NCBI GenBank assembly: GCA_046301455.1
Contig: JBKCJY010000400.1
Coordinates: forward strand, 1 to 50,844
Source: Chitinophagaceae bacterium
GTDB lineage: Bacteria > Bacteroidota > Bacteroidia > Chitinophagales > Chitinophagaceae
Reading direction: 5' to 3'
DNA: 50,844 nucleotides
The notes under the pieces were generated by a model, which made no database searches, had not been told where the DNA came from, and was given only the letters and a program-made list of their open reading frames with translations. The position numbers and the translations under genes were made by a program. Positions 19,355 to 28,068 of this stretch are shown here, in pieces; position 1 is the first letter of the stretch, and each line of letters begins with the position of its first letter.

Positions 19355-21340
19355 GTGGGAAAGCACACGCAAAAGATTACAGGCGCAGGCTTGTTAATAG
19401 CACTCGGAATTATTTACGGCGATATCGGTACATCACCGCTTTACGTATTTAATGCAATCATCAACGGTCGTGAAGTTTCAGAATTATTAATCATTGGTTC
19501 ACTTTCGTGTATTATCTGGACCATCACACTTCAAACCACTCTCAAATATGTATGGCTTGTATTAAAAGCCGATAATAGGGGTGAAGGTGGCACGTTTGCA
19601 TTATACGCATTAGTGCGTCGCAGGCGTAAATGGCTGGTAATACCTGCAATGATTGGCGGCGCATCTTTGCTTGCCGACGGTATTATTACACCGCCTATTT
19701 CCATTACATCAGCCATTGAAGGTTTAAAAGTTCTGCCGCAGTTTCGTGAATTACCGGTTAATACCATTGTAATTATTGTACTCAGTATCCTCACTGTTTT
19801 CTTTTTCATGCAACAGTTTGGCACGGGTTCCATTGGGCGACTTTTTGGTCCGGTTATGTTCGTGTGGTTTACCATGCTTGCAGTGCTGGGTTTGTTTCAT
19901 GTAACTGATGACCTTTCGATCTTTAAAGCATTAAGTCCGCATTATGCTATAGAGTTTTTGGCTACGTATCCCGAGGGATTTTGGTTATTGGGGGCTGTCT
20001 TTCTCTGTACTACAGGCGCAGAAGCTTTGTATAGTGATTTGGGGCATTGTGGGCGAGATAATATCCGTATTTCATGGATTTATGTAAAAATATGCCTGCT
20101 CATCAATTATTTTGGACAGGGCGCATCCTTGCTGGCACATTATGAGGGCAAAACAATTGATGCTGCATTTAAAGCTCAAACCGGCATACATGCGTTTTAT
20201 GATTTAATGCCGCATTGGTTTATTATAGCTGGTGTTGTAATAGCAACAAGCGCTACCATTATTGCCAGTCAGGCCATGATTGCTGGTGCATTTACACTCA
20301 TAAGTGAAGCTATGCGTTTAAACTTGTGGCCACGTTTAAAAATTAATTATCCAAGTGAAGAGCGTGGGCAGTTGTTTATCCCGTTCATGAATTTATTTAT
20401 GTTCCTGGGATGTGTATTTGTTGTGTTGTATTTTAAAGAGTCATCCAAAATGGAAGCGGCTTATGGTCTGGCGATTATTGTAACCATGCTCATGACCACC
20501 ATTTTGTTTGCCAATTACCTCGTGCTGCACCGTGTAGCATCACCCATCATCTGGTTGTTTTTAGTTTTATATGCTACTATAGAAATGGGTTACCTGGTCG
20601 CATTGATGGATAAGTTTTTGCATGGTGGTTACATTACACTCATCATTGGCTTTGTAATGTTTTTGGTAATGTATGTGTGGTTCCGCAGCCGAAAAATTAA
20701 AAACCGCTATGTGGAGTTTGTACGTTTAGATCATTACCTGCCACTCTTGCAGGAACTGAGTAATGACATGACGGTAACGAAACATGCAACTCATCTTGTG
20801 TATTTAACCAGCGCTAACAATCCAAAAGAAATTGAACATAAAATCATTTACTCCATCCTCAACCGCAAACCCAAGCGTGCCGATATTTACTGGTTTGTGC
20901 ATGTAGATACTTTGGATGACCCATATACCTGCGAGTATGAAGTAGAAACCATTATTCCCAATGAAGTTATACGGGTGGAATTTCGTTTGGGCTTCCGCAT
21001 GCAGCCACGCATTAACCTGATGTTCAGAAAGGTGGTAGAAGATATGGTAAGTAACAAAGAGGTAAACATTACAAGTCGTTATGAAAGTTTACAGCGTAAC
21101 AATGTGGTTGGCGATTTTCAGTTTGTAGTGATGGAAAAATTCCTGAGCCAGGATAATGAACTTCCGTTGATAGAGCGTATCATTATGCGGATTTACTTTG
21201 CTATCAAAAAAGCAAGTCTTAGCGAAGAGAAAGGTTTTGGACTGGATATGAGCAATGTATCGGTTGAAAAGTTTCCGTTAATTGTGGCGCCCATTAGCTC
21301 GTTGAAGTTGAAAAGGATTTATCCGCCTGATGAGGAATAG
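19355..21340 (+). CDS. kup: KUP/HAK/KT potassium transporter
   Basis: GIIYGDIGTSPLY, DNRGEGGTFALY, TGAEALYSDLGH, AYGLA. Confidence 0.97.
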   Translation: MGKHTQKITGAGLLIALGIIYGDIGTSPLYVFNAIINGREVSELLIIGSLSCIIWTITLQTTLKYVWLVLKADNRGEGGTFALYALVRRRRKWLVIPAMIGGASLLADGIITPPISITSAIEGLKVLPQFRELPVNTIVIIVLSILTVFFFMQQFGTGSIGRLFGPVMFVWFTMLAVLGLFHVTDDLSIFKALSPHYAIEFLATYPEGFWLLGAVFLCTTGAEALYSDLGHCGRDNIRISWIYVKICLLINYFGQGASLLAHYEGKTIDAAFKAQTGIHAFYDLMPHWFIIAGVVIATSATIIASQAMIAGAFTLISEAMRLNLWPRLKINYPSEERGQLFIPFMNLFMFLGCVFVVLYFKESSKMEAAYGLAIIVTMLMTTILFANYLVLHRVASPIIWLFLVLYATIEMGYLVALMDKFLHGGYITLIIGFVMFLVMYVWFRSRKIKNRYVEFVRLDHYLPLLQELSNDMTVTKHATHLVYLTSANNPKEIEHKIIYSILNRKPKRADIYWFVHVDTLDDPYTCEYEVETIIPNEVIRVEFRLGFRMQPRINLMFRKVVEDMVSNKEVNITSRYESLQRNNVVGDFQFVVMEKFLSQDNELPLIERIIMRIYFAIKKASLSEEKGFGLDMSNVSVEKFPLIVAPISSLKLKRIYPPDEE

Positions 21341-21363
21341 TAATATTTCATTTGAAAAAGTTC

Positions 21364-21394
21364 AGCCGGCTCTTTTGTTATGAGCCGGCTTTTT
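21364..21394 (+). terminator. Intrinsic terminator after kup
   Basis: agccggctc-N9-gagccggct followed by a T tract. Confidence 0.8.
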
Positions 21395-21454
21395 CATTAT
21401 GTGAGTTATCAATTAAACTGTTTAAATTAGCCAACTATAAATCAAGAGTTTGAA

Positions 21455-22243
21455 TTGTCACCCACACTCATTTATATCATTCTTGCTTATCTGCTCATCA
21501 TGGGTGTGGCTTATCTCATCCAGGAAAAATTTATTTTCAAACCGGAGAAGCTTAAACAGGATTTTGAATTTAAATACGATGCACCATTTAAAGAAGTGAG
21601 TTTTCAACCTGAAGCAGGTGTGAGCATCAGTGGTATTCATTTCTATGTAAAAAATCCGCACGGGCTAATTATTTATTTTCATGGCAACACCAGAAGTATC
21701 AAAGGATGGGGAAAGTATGCCAAAGATTTTTACCGGTTTGGATATGATGTGCTGCTGGTAGATTACAGGGGCTTTGGCAAAAGCATCGGCAAGCGGAGTG
21801 AAAAAGCCATGCTCAATGATATGCAGTTTGTGTATGATGAAATGCTGGTTAAATTTCCTGAAGATCATATTATTGTTTATGGCCGCAGTATGGGCAGCGG
21901 TTTTGCTACCAAGCTGGCAAGTGATAATCATCCACGATATTTAATTTTAGATGCGCCTTACTTCAGTTTTAAAAAAGCAGCAGAGCGATTTCTTCCGTTT
22001 TTACCAATGAAATGGGTGCTGCGTTATCATTTAAGAACAGATAAGTGGATTAAGGAAGTGAAATGTCATACGTATATCATTCACGGTACAAAAGATTGGT
22101 TAATTCCGTTGAAACAAAGTGAGCAGTTACAAAAAGTTAATCCTCGCCGCATAACTTTGATACGGATTGAAGGCGGCGGACATAACAACCTTCCTTCTTT
22201 TCCTGAATACCACAACTTCATAAGAGATATTTTAAAAATATGA
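21455..22243 (+). CDS. Membrane-anchored alpha/beta hydrolase (BEM46/ABHD13-like)
   Basis: N-terminal TM, YFHGN, DYRGFG, GRSMG nucleophile, HGTKD, GGHN. Confidence 0.9.
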   Translation: MSPTLIYIILAYLLIMGVAYLIQEKFIFKPEKLKQDFEFKYDAPFKEVSFQPEAGVSISGIHFYVKNPHGLIIYFHGNTRSIKGWGKYAKDFYRFGYDVLLVDYRGFGKSIGKRSEKAMLNDMQFVYDEMLVKFPEDHIIVYGRSMGSGFATKLASDNHPRYLILDAPYFSFKKAAERFLPFLPMKWVLRYHLRTDKWIKEVKCHTYIIHGTKDWLIPLKQSEQLQKVNPRRITLIRIEGGGHNNLPSFPEYHNFIRDILKI

Positions 22244-23067
22244 GCCAACGCAAACCTGTGATCAAAGCCGTTGTGAATGCTGCCAAGGTGATGCTGTTTT
22301 TATATGCGCTCATTGGTATTTTGCTGTGGACCTTTCAGGATAAATTCTTATTCCAGGCTACACCTTTGCCCCCCGATTATAAATATAATTTTAAAGAACC
22401 GCACAGGGATATTGTAGTTCGTCTCAATGATAATGAGCAATTAAGCATTGTAGAATTTTATCCTGTTGATACAAACCATTCACGTGGTGTTGTGCTTTAC
22501 TTTCACGGTAACAGGGATAATATCAATCATTATGCACCATTTGTTCCTTCCTTTACCAAACATGGTTATGAAGTATGGATGATGGATTATCCGGGTTATG
22601 GTAAATCAACAGGTGAAGTAACCGAACAGCGTTTATACAGTGATGCTTTGCTCTTGTATAAAATGGCTGAAAAGCAATTCAAAGCTGATAGTATTATTTT
22701 TTATGGAAAATCATTGGGCACAGGCGTGGCAACAGAACTTGCCAGCCATGCAGGTGGTAAACGGTTGATTTTAGAAACCCCTTATTACAGCATCGAATCA
22801 TTGGCGGCAGACCGTTTTCCCATCTATCCTGCAAGTACAATGGTGAATTATAAATTTCCGCTCAATGAATTTTTGCCTTATGTGCAAATACCGGTTACAA
22901 TCTTTCATGGAACAGATGATATAGTAATTCCTTACAGTAATGCAGAGCAGTTAAAAACATTGCTAAAAAAAACAGATGAGTTTATTACGATTGAAAACGG
23001 AACACATAATAATTTAAGTACGTTTTCACTGTATCAACAAAAGCTTGACAGTTTGTTGAATCGTTAA
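22240..23067 (+). CDS. Membrane-anchored alpha/beta hydrolase (tandem paralog)
   Basis: TM, YFHGN, DYPGYG, GKSLG, HGTDD, GTHN; ATGA overlap with the previous gene. Confidence 0.9.
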   Translation: MSQRKPVIKAVVNAAKVMLFLYALIGILLWTFQDKFLFQATPLPPDYKYNFKEPHRDIVVRLNDNEQLSIVEFYPVDTNHSRGVVLYFHGNRDNINHYAPFVPSFTKHGYEVWMMDYPGYGKSTGEVTEQRLYSDALLLYKMAEKQFKADSIIFYGKSLGTGVATELASHAGGKRLILETPYYSIESLAADRFPIYPASTMVNYKFPLNEFLPYVQIPVTIFHGTDDIVIPYSNAEQLKTLLKKTDEFITIENGTHNNLSTFSLYQQKLDSLLNR

Positions 23068-23660
23068 TTCACGTCACTCACCACTACGGTCATATCAAAA
23101 TTGATCGTCACTTTATCTTCAATTTTAATCATGTTAAACGGTGTGCGGGGTTTTACATGAAAATCACTCATCAGCAAATCTTTTTTTGCTTTTAACTGAA
23201 AGAGATGATTGCTCAGTTTATTTACGTGAACATGCAGTTGGTTTTTTTTGCTAACGCCTGCAATGGTGAGCGTAATAGTAGCTGTATATTCCTGCCAGGT
23301 ATTGAGACTAAGTTTGGAATTGCTGTTGAGTGCAGTCGCATCATGCAGGGTAATGATGATGTAAGGATGTTCTTCTGCTTTCAGGGCTTTGTGCATATCC
23401 CTGTTCATGAGTTTGTTTTTGCAACTGAGTAAAGAAGTTTTTACCTGCAATACTGCATGAGTGAAATTCAGCTGCCCGTTTTCCAGCTCTGCACCACTGA
23501 TGATGGCAGTGGGAAAATCATCATTGCAATAACATTCGTAACTGTTGATATTGGTTTTGCCATTCAGATACAGTCGGCTCTTCGCATCAATTTTATAAGC
23601 AATTTTAAAATTGTTGCTGCCGTTGAATGCAAAAAGAAGTATGATGCAGATCCATTTCAT
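23064..23660 (-). CDS. YceI-family secreted lipid/polyisoprenoid-binding protein
   Basis: Signal-like N-terminus; SRLYLNGKTN, MNRDMHKALKAEEHP, LTIAGVSK, MSDFHVKP. Confidence 0.82.
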   Translation of the reverse strand: MKWICIILLFAFNGSNNFKIAYKIDAKSRLYLNGKTNINSYECYCNDDFPTAIISGAELENGQLNFTHAVLQVKTSLLSCKNKLMNRDMHKALKAEEHPYIIITLHDATALNSNSKLSLNTWQEYTATITLTIAGVSKKNQLHVHVNKLSNHLFQLKAKKDLLMSDFHVKPRTPFNMIKIEDKVTINFDMTVVVSDVN

Positions 23661-23681
23661 GAAAACAAAAAGGGTTTAAAA

Positions 23682-23708
23682 CAAAGCCCTGTAAGGAACA
23701 GGGCTTTG
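23682..23708 (-). terminator. Hairpin between the beta-barrel gene and the distal YceI (partial terminator or mRNA stabiliser)
   Basis: caaagccctgt-N5-acagggctttg, a perfect 11-bp stem with a short T run after it on the - strand. Confidence 0.65.
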
Positions 23709-23729
23709 AATAAAGGGCAGTATATGAAA

Positions 23730-25181
23730 TTAGAATCCAATTACAGCTTGAATCATTAATCCGCTGAACTTCGCTTCATAACGATAGTCTGCCCATGGAA
23801 CATCATTATAGTTTTGACTTACATACTCAACTTTTAAAAGCATGTTTTTAGTTGGGAAATATCCTGCTGCAAGAGCTAAGCGATTTACATTGATTTTAGC
23901 TTGTGAATTTGCAGTTCTTCCTGCATCATTGGCACCATATCTCAAACCGCTTGGTTCACCGGTTGCAGTTACATAACGTGCACCAATGTATAATTCTTCA
24001 TTTTTGAGGAAACGATAAACAACTTCACCATAAGCCTGACTCCAGTCACGCTTAATCCATTCGTTATTTACTACATCGCCAAAAACAGAACCTTTAATCA
24101 TATCATATCCACCTTGTAATTCCAGTCCTTTGAATTTAAGGAATGGGCTTACGTTAATTGCAGTTACTCTGTTAGCAACTCCGGGATCTAAACGACCTGA
24201 AGTAAAGTTGGCTGTAATACTTGTAGCAGTACCATTAATTTGAGCTGGATCCATTACTGCAAAGTATTGAGAACCTGTGCGGTCGCCTGCAAACAATGTA
24301 TTGCGAACAATATTTGAGTTGTTATAAACAGATGCTGATAAACGGAATCTCAAGTCATCGCTCATTTGTTTGTCATAAGCAACTTTACCAAAAATTGAAG
24401 GTGAACGTTTTGTTCTTACAACACCGTTTGAGTTTACACTTTCAGCTGTAGGTTGAATATTACCATTGATGAAGCCGGAAGTCATACCAGCCATTACCAT
24501 AACATCTTTAGTAGGGAACACATAGATTTCACCACCTATTTCTGTTGTAAATGCATCTAACAGTAAGTTTTCAACAAATGGGTTGAAGATGGTATTACCA
24601 CCATCTGAACGACGATGTTGAAAGTCGCCATAGTTAGGTTGGAAGTGACCAATTTTTACACGGGCATATTTTGTAAACCAGTCAGGATTACCAAACATAG
24701 GCAGTTTGTCAATTTGGATATAACCACCTTTTACCCAAAACTCATTGTGGTGGCGTGCACTCATGTAGTTTTCCAGGAATACACGGATACCATCTCCAAT
24801 CTGAATATCAAAATTGAGGTTGGCCATTGCCAGGTTAAAACCATTCATTCTGGAAGTGATACTGTCACTGTTTTGAAAAGTGCCGTTTGCGTTTCTAACC
24901 AAACCAACAAGCAGGTTTCTATTAAGTGAGTTACTTCCTGAAGTAGCAACATAATTAGCTTTGTTTTCGCTTTTGATAGATTGATAGTTCTGTGTAAAAG
25001 AACCACCAATACGAATTTTGAATCCTTCATACTTTCCAGAATCTGATTTCAGGGGTTCAAATACGTTAATACCTGTTTTGTCATAATTACGGGAGTACTG
25101 AATCTTTTGAGCAGTTACAGTTACAGTCATGGCTAATAGAATAAAGACAGCCAGGAGTGTTTTTAGTGATTGACGTTTCAT
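23730..25181 (-). CDS. Putative outer-membrane beta-barrel (porin-like) protein of unknown function
   Basis: Sec signal ending VTA-Q; amphipathic beta strands; C-terminal beta signal FSGLMIQAVIGF ending in Phe. Confidence 0.8.
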   Translation of the reverse strand: MKRQSLKTLLAVFILLAMTVTVTAQKIQYSRNYDKTGINVFEPLKSDSGKYEGFKIRIGGSFTQNYQSIKSENKANYVATSGSNSLNRNLLVGLVRNANGTFQNSDSITSRMNGFNLAMANLNFDIQIGDGIRVFLENYMSARHHNEFWVKGGYIQIDKLPMFGNPDWFTKYARVKIGHFQPNYGDFQHRRSDGGNTIFNPFVENLLLDAFTTEIGGEIYVFPTKDVMVMAGMTSGFINGNIQPTAESVNSNGVVRTKRSPSIFGKVAYDKQMSDDLRFRLSASVYNNSNIVRNTLFAGDRTGSQYFAVMDPAQINGTATSITANFTSGRLDPGVANRVTAINVSPFLKFKGLELQGGYDMIKGSVFGDVVNNEWIKRDWSQAYGEVVYRFLKNEELYIGARYVTATGEPSGLRYGANDAGRTANSQAKINVNRLALAAGYFPTKNMLLKVEYVSQNYNDVPWADYRYEAKFSGLMIQAVIGF

Positions 25182-25229
25182 ATACTTTGTTTTTTGTTAG
25201 AGTTTAAAAAAGTTGTTTATTGTTTGGTT

Positions 25230-25814
25230 TTATTTTTTATGAAGAACTACATAGATATCAAGACTTACTTCGTCACCAACCTTCAATGCGCCCAGCATGA
25301 AAGAAGGAGGTTTGATGCCATGATTGCTCATGAGTATTTTTTTGTTGCCTTTTACTTCAATATCACCGTTGGGTAATACTTTCATTTTCAAAACAACATC
25401 AGTTGGTTTGCCAACACCGCCAATGGTAAGTGTACCACTCACAGTTCCTGTTGCTTCACCTCCGCTTTGTTGAATATTGCTGATTTTTGAAACTGCATAA
25501 GTAATATTGGGATATTTATCTGCTTTTAAAGTTTCATGTGTGCGTGAATCCATTAAACCTGAATTTTTATGACTTTTAATGGATGTAACTACCACATTAA
25601 CCGCTCCAGCTGTAATTTTTTCAATGACTCCATTAGTAATTACAAAATCACCCTGAACCGTAACATTTGTTGCAGATGAACTCCAGTCGTGCATTGTTGA
25701 AGTTCCGTTAATGGCAAGCTTATATGTTTTAGCGGTATATGTTTGTGCATTGATAAAGAGAGCGGGGATAAGAAGTGCCCCGATAAAGAATATTCTGATT
25801 GATTGGATGCTCAT
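25230..25814 (-). CDS. YceI-family secreted protein
   Basis: Signal MSIQSIRIFFIGALLIPALFINA-Q; GTSTMHDW, MDSRTHETLKADKYP, GTLTIGG, MSNHGIKPP; start placed at ATG 25814. Confidence 0.88.
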   Translation of the reverse strand: MSIQSIRIFFIGALLIPALFINAQTYTAKTYKLAINGTSTMHDWSSSATNVTVQGDFVITNGVIEKITAGAVNVVVTSIKSHKNSGLMDSRTHETLKADKYPNITYAVSKISNIQQSGGEATGTVSGTLTIGGVGKPTDVVLKMKVLPNGDIEVKGNKKILMSNHGIKPPSFMLGALKVGDEVSLDIYVVLHKK

Positions 25815-25899
25815 ATACTTTTGTTTTATGCTGTGAAAAATGACTTCACAAAAGTTGTTCAGCAACCTTTAGGAGGGAATGATGAATACACGCAGATAG

Positions 25900-25936
25900 C
25901 GTGATTAATGTCACATTTGCAAATGATGCAAATCAA
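25900..25936. promoter_or_regulatory. Tandem Crp/Fnr-type palindromes upstream of the YceI-barrel-YceI operon
   Basis: cGTGA-ttaatg-TCACA (25900-25915; 9/10 to TGTGA-N6-TCACA) and aTGAT-gcaa-ATCAA (25923-25936; 9/10 to TTGAT-N4-ATCAA). Confidence 0.6.
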
Positions 25937-25972
25937 TAATAATTCCTGATTTGGGATAAATAGGCTGGGAAG

Positions 25973-26881
25973 TCAGATTTCTGAAAGGGTAGTTTGGCTT
26001 TTGTTTATAGATAATCTGTAAATCGCTCCACACTTTAAAGCAAGATTTTCTTTTGAATGACTAACGGGGAAATTAAAGCAAACAGGATATCTGTTATCAG
26101 CGATATGTTCTTTAATAATCTCATACACTTTTTTCCCGAATGGACGTTCTGTGTCCTGCATTTCTGTAAAGCCACCGATGATGAGGCCGGCAAGATTTTT
26201 GAATTTGCCGCTTCTTTTTAATTGAATCATCATACGATCCACATTGTAATGCTGCTCACCCACATCTTCAAGAAAAAGAATTTTATTTTTTGTTTGAATA
26301 TCGGATGAAGTGCCTGTAAGATGTGCAAGAAGTGCAAGATTGCCCCCGATTAATTCTCCTTCAGCTAAACCAGTTTGGTTGCGCCGATGTGCTTTGCATA
26401 AATAATTTGCTTTGATTCCTTCTAATGCATATTTCAACGATTGAACGTATTTGTTTTTAACCCCGCCATCATTAAAAGCAGCGGCCATGGGTGCATGCAA
26501 TGTTGCAATTTTATAATTCCGGTTGATGTGTGCATGCAACACAGTGATATCACTAAAGCCAATAATCCATTTCGGATGTTTTTTGAATTGTGAAAAATCC
26601 AACTGTTCAATGATTCTTCCCACACCATATCCACCACGACCGCACAGTATTGCTTTTATTTCTGGTGCATCCAGCATGGCCTGAAATTCATTCAAACGCT
26701 GCTCATCAGTTCCGCTGAAATAATTTTTGGAGGTACTGCCCATTGTTTTTCCAATCAGCGCTTCATAACCCCATTGCTGCAAAGTATTGATACAGGTTTT
26801 TGCTTTTTCCAAAGGCATATAACCTGCAGGGCAGGTAATGGCGACGGTATCGCCTTTTTTTAAATATGGAGGAATCTTCAT
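25973..26881 (-). CDS. ldcA: LD-carboxypeptidase, peptidase S66 (no signal peptide)
   Basis: RGGYG, GFSDIT (Ser), GGNL, LEDVGE (Glu), PVSH (His). Confidence 0.9.
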   Translation of the reverse strand: MKIPPYLKKGDTVAITCPAGYMPLEKAKTCINTLQQWGYEALIGKTMGSTSKNYFSGTDEQRLNEFQAMLDAPEIKAILCGRGGYGVGRIIEQLDFSQFKKHPKWIIGFSDITVLHAHINRNYKIATLHAPMAAAFNDGGVKNKYVQSLKYALEGIKANYLCKAHRRNQTGLAEGELIGGNLALLAHLTGTSSDIQTKNKILFLEDVGEQHYNVDRMMIQLKRSGKFKNLAGLIIGGFTEMQDTERPFGKKVYEIIKEHIADNRYPVCFNFPVSHSKENLALKCGAIYRLSINKSQTTLSEI

Positions 26882-27903
26882 CGGATTTCAGTTAAAGCTG
26901 TTTCAGTTGATGTTACCTGCAATTTATGCTGCACACCGCACTTCAACGCATAATTATTTTTTTGATGACCCACAGGGAAATCAAAACACACTGGATATTT
27001 ATATTCTTTTACTTTTTCCATTACAATATCTTCAACTGTTTTTCCAAACTCAGTGTCATTTTCACCTTCATCTTTTTTGAGCTTAAAGCCGCCCACAATT
27101 AAACCAGCCAGTTTATCCAACTTGCCGCTTCGTTTTAAATTCCAGAACATACGGTCAATGCTATAGAGATATTCACCTGTATCTTCTACAAACAAAATTT
27201 TTCCTGCAGTGCGGAGATCACTCTTGCTTCCTGTAAGTGATTCAATGGTTTTTAAATTGCCGCCCACCAAAACACCTGATGCAGTTCCGTTTCTATTATT
27301 GATGTTTGGTGTAGCAGTATAACTCATTTTCACACTTGTTAATGCATTACGTATGGATAGAATGGTTTCAATCTGTATCGGTTCGGCTTTGTCCCATTCT
27401 TCAGGAAAACTGTTACACATTTTGGAGTGGATGGTGGCAATGCCAAAATTCCGGTTAATATGAGAATGTAAAACTGTGATATCACTAAAACCAATCAGCC
27501 ATTTGGGATGTGTTTTGAATTTCGTGAAATCAAGCTTATCAATAATACGAACGAAACCATAGCCACCTCTTGCACAAAGAATCGCTTTTACATTTTTATC
27601 ATCCAGTAGTTGTTGAAAATCTTTTGTGCGTTCTTCATCTGTACCACCAAAGGTAAAATCACGCTTGCCAATGGTTTCGCCAAGCTTTACATTAAAACCC
27701 CAGCTTTTGATTTGTTGTACAGCTGGTTCAATTTCTTTTGCTGATGTATAGCCTGCGGGTGAAGTAATGGCAATGGCATCACCTTTTTTCAAATAGCGGG
27801 GAATGAGGGGTGCAGCTTCGGGCTCTTCTTCATTGGCTGCTGCCGTGAGAGGCAGTACGGCACCAGCCATCAATAATGATGATACAAAATGTTTACGGTT
27901 CAT
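26878..27903 (-). CDS. LD-carboxypeptidase, peptidase S66, with a Tat-like signal peptide
   Basis: MNRKHFVSSLLMAGAVLPLTAAA leader; RGGYG, GFSDIT, EDTGE, PVGH; start placed at ATG 27903. Confidence 0.9.
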   Translation of the reverse strand: MNRKHFVSSLLMAGAVLPLTAAANEEEPEAAPLIPRYLKKGDAIAITSPAGYTSAKEIEPAVQQIKSWGFNVKLGETIGKRDFTFGGTDEERTKDFQQLLDDKNVKAILCARGGYGFVRIIDKLDFTKFKTHPKWLIGFSDITVLHSHINRNFGIATIHSKMCNSFPEEWDKAEPIQIETILSIRNALTSVKMSYTATPNINNRNGTASGVLVGGNLKTIESLTGSKSDLRTAGKILFVEDTGEYLYSIDRMFWNLKRSGKLDKLAGLIVGGFKLKKDEGENDTEFGKTVEDIVMEKVKEYKYPVCFDFPVGHQKNNYALKCGVQHKLQVTSTETALTEIR

Positions 27904-27930
27904 AGTTAAAAATAGCAATTTCCAATGCAT

Positions 27931-27962
27931 TTTGGGCGATGAGGTGGTTTACGGTATTTTTG
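27931..27962 (+). promoter_or_regulatory. Bacteroidota housekeeping promoter of metG
   Basis: TTTG (27931-27934) - 20 nt - TATTTTTG (27955-27962), matching the -33/-7 consensus. Confidence 0.8.
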
Positions 27963-27993
27963 CGGATTCTTTTGTGAGAGCATCTGCCGAATA

Positions 27994-28062
27994 GAATTAA
28001 TAAACGTAAAAGAGTGCGACGCAACAGACAATGAACAGAATTACAAAAGCTGGTTACACAAT
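27994..28062 (+). repeat. Interspersed repeat copy C, in the metG 5' UTR
   Basis: gaa..cgtaaaagagtgcgacgcaa-N24-gctggttac; shares aagagtgcga with copy E. Confidence 0.6.
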
Positions 28063-28068
28063 AATAAA

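Noticed and set aside
27963-28068. T-box or SAM riboswitch upstream of metG
   Set aside because: No T-box sequence, no recognisable SAM-riboswitch core and no terminator; better explained by the repeat family
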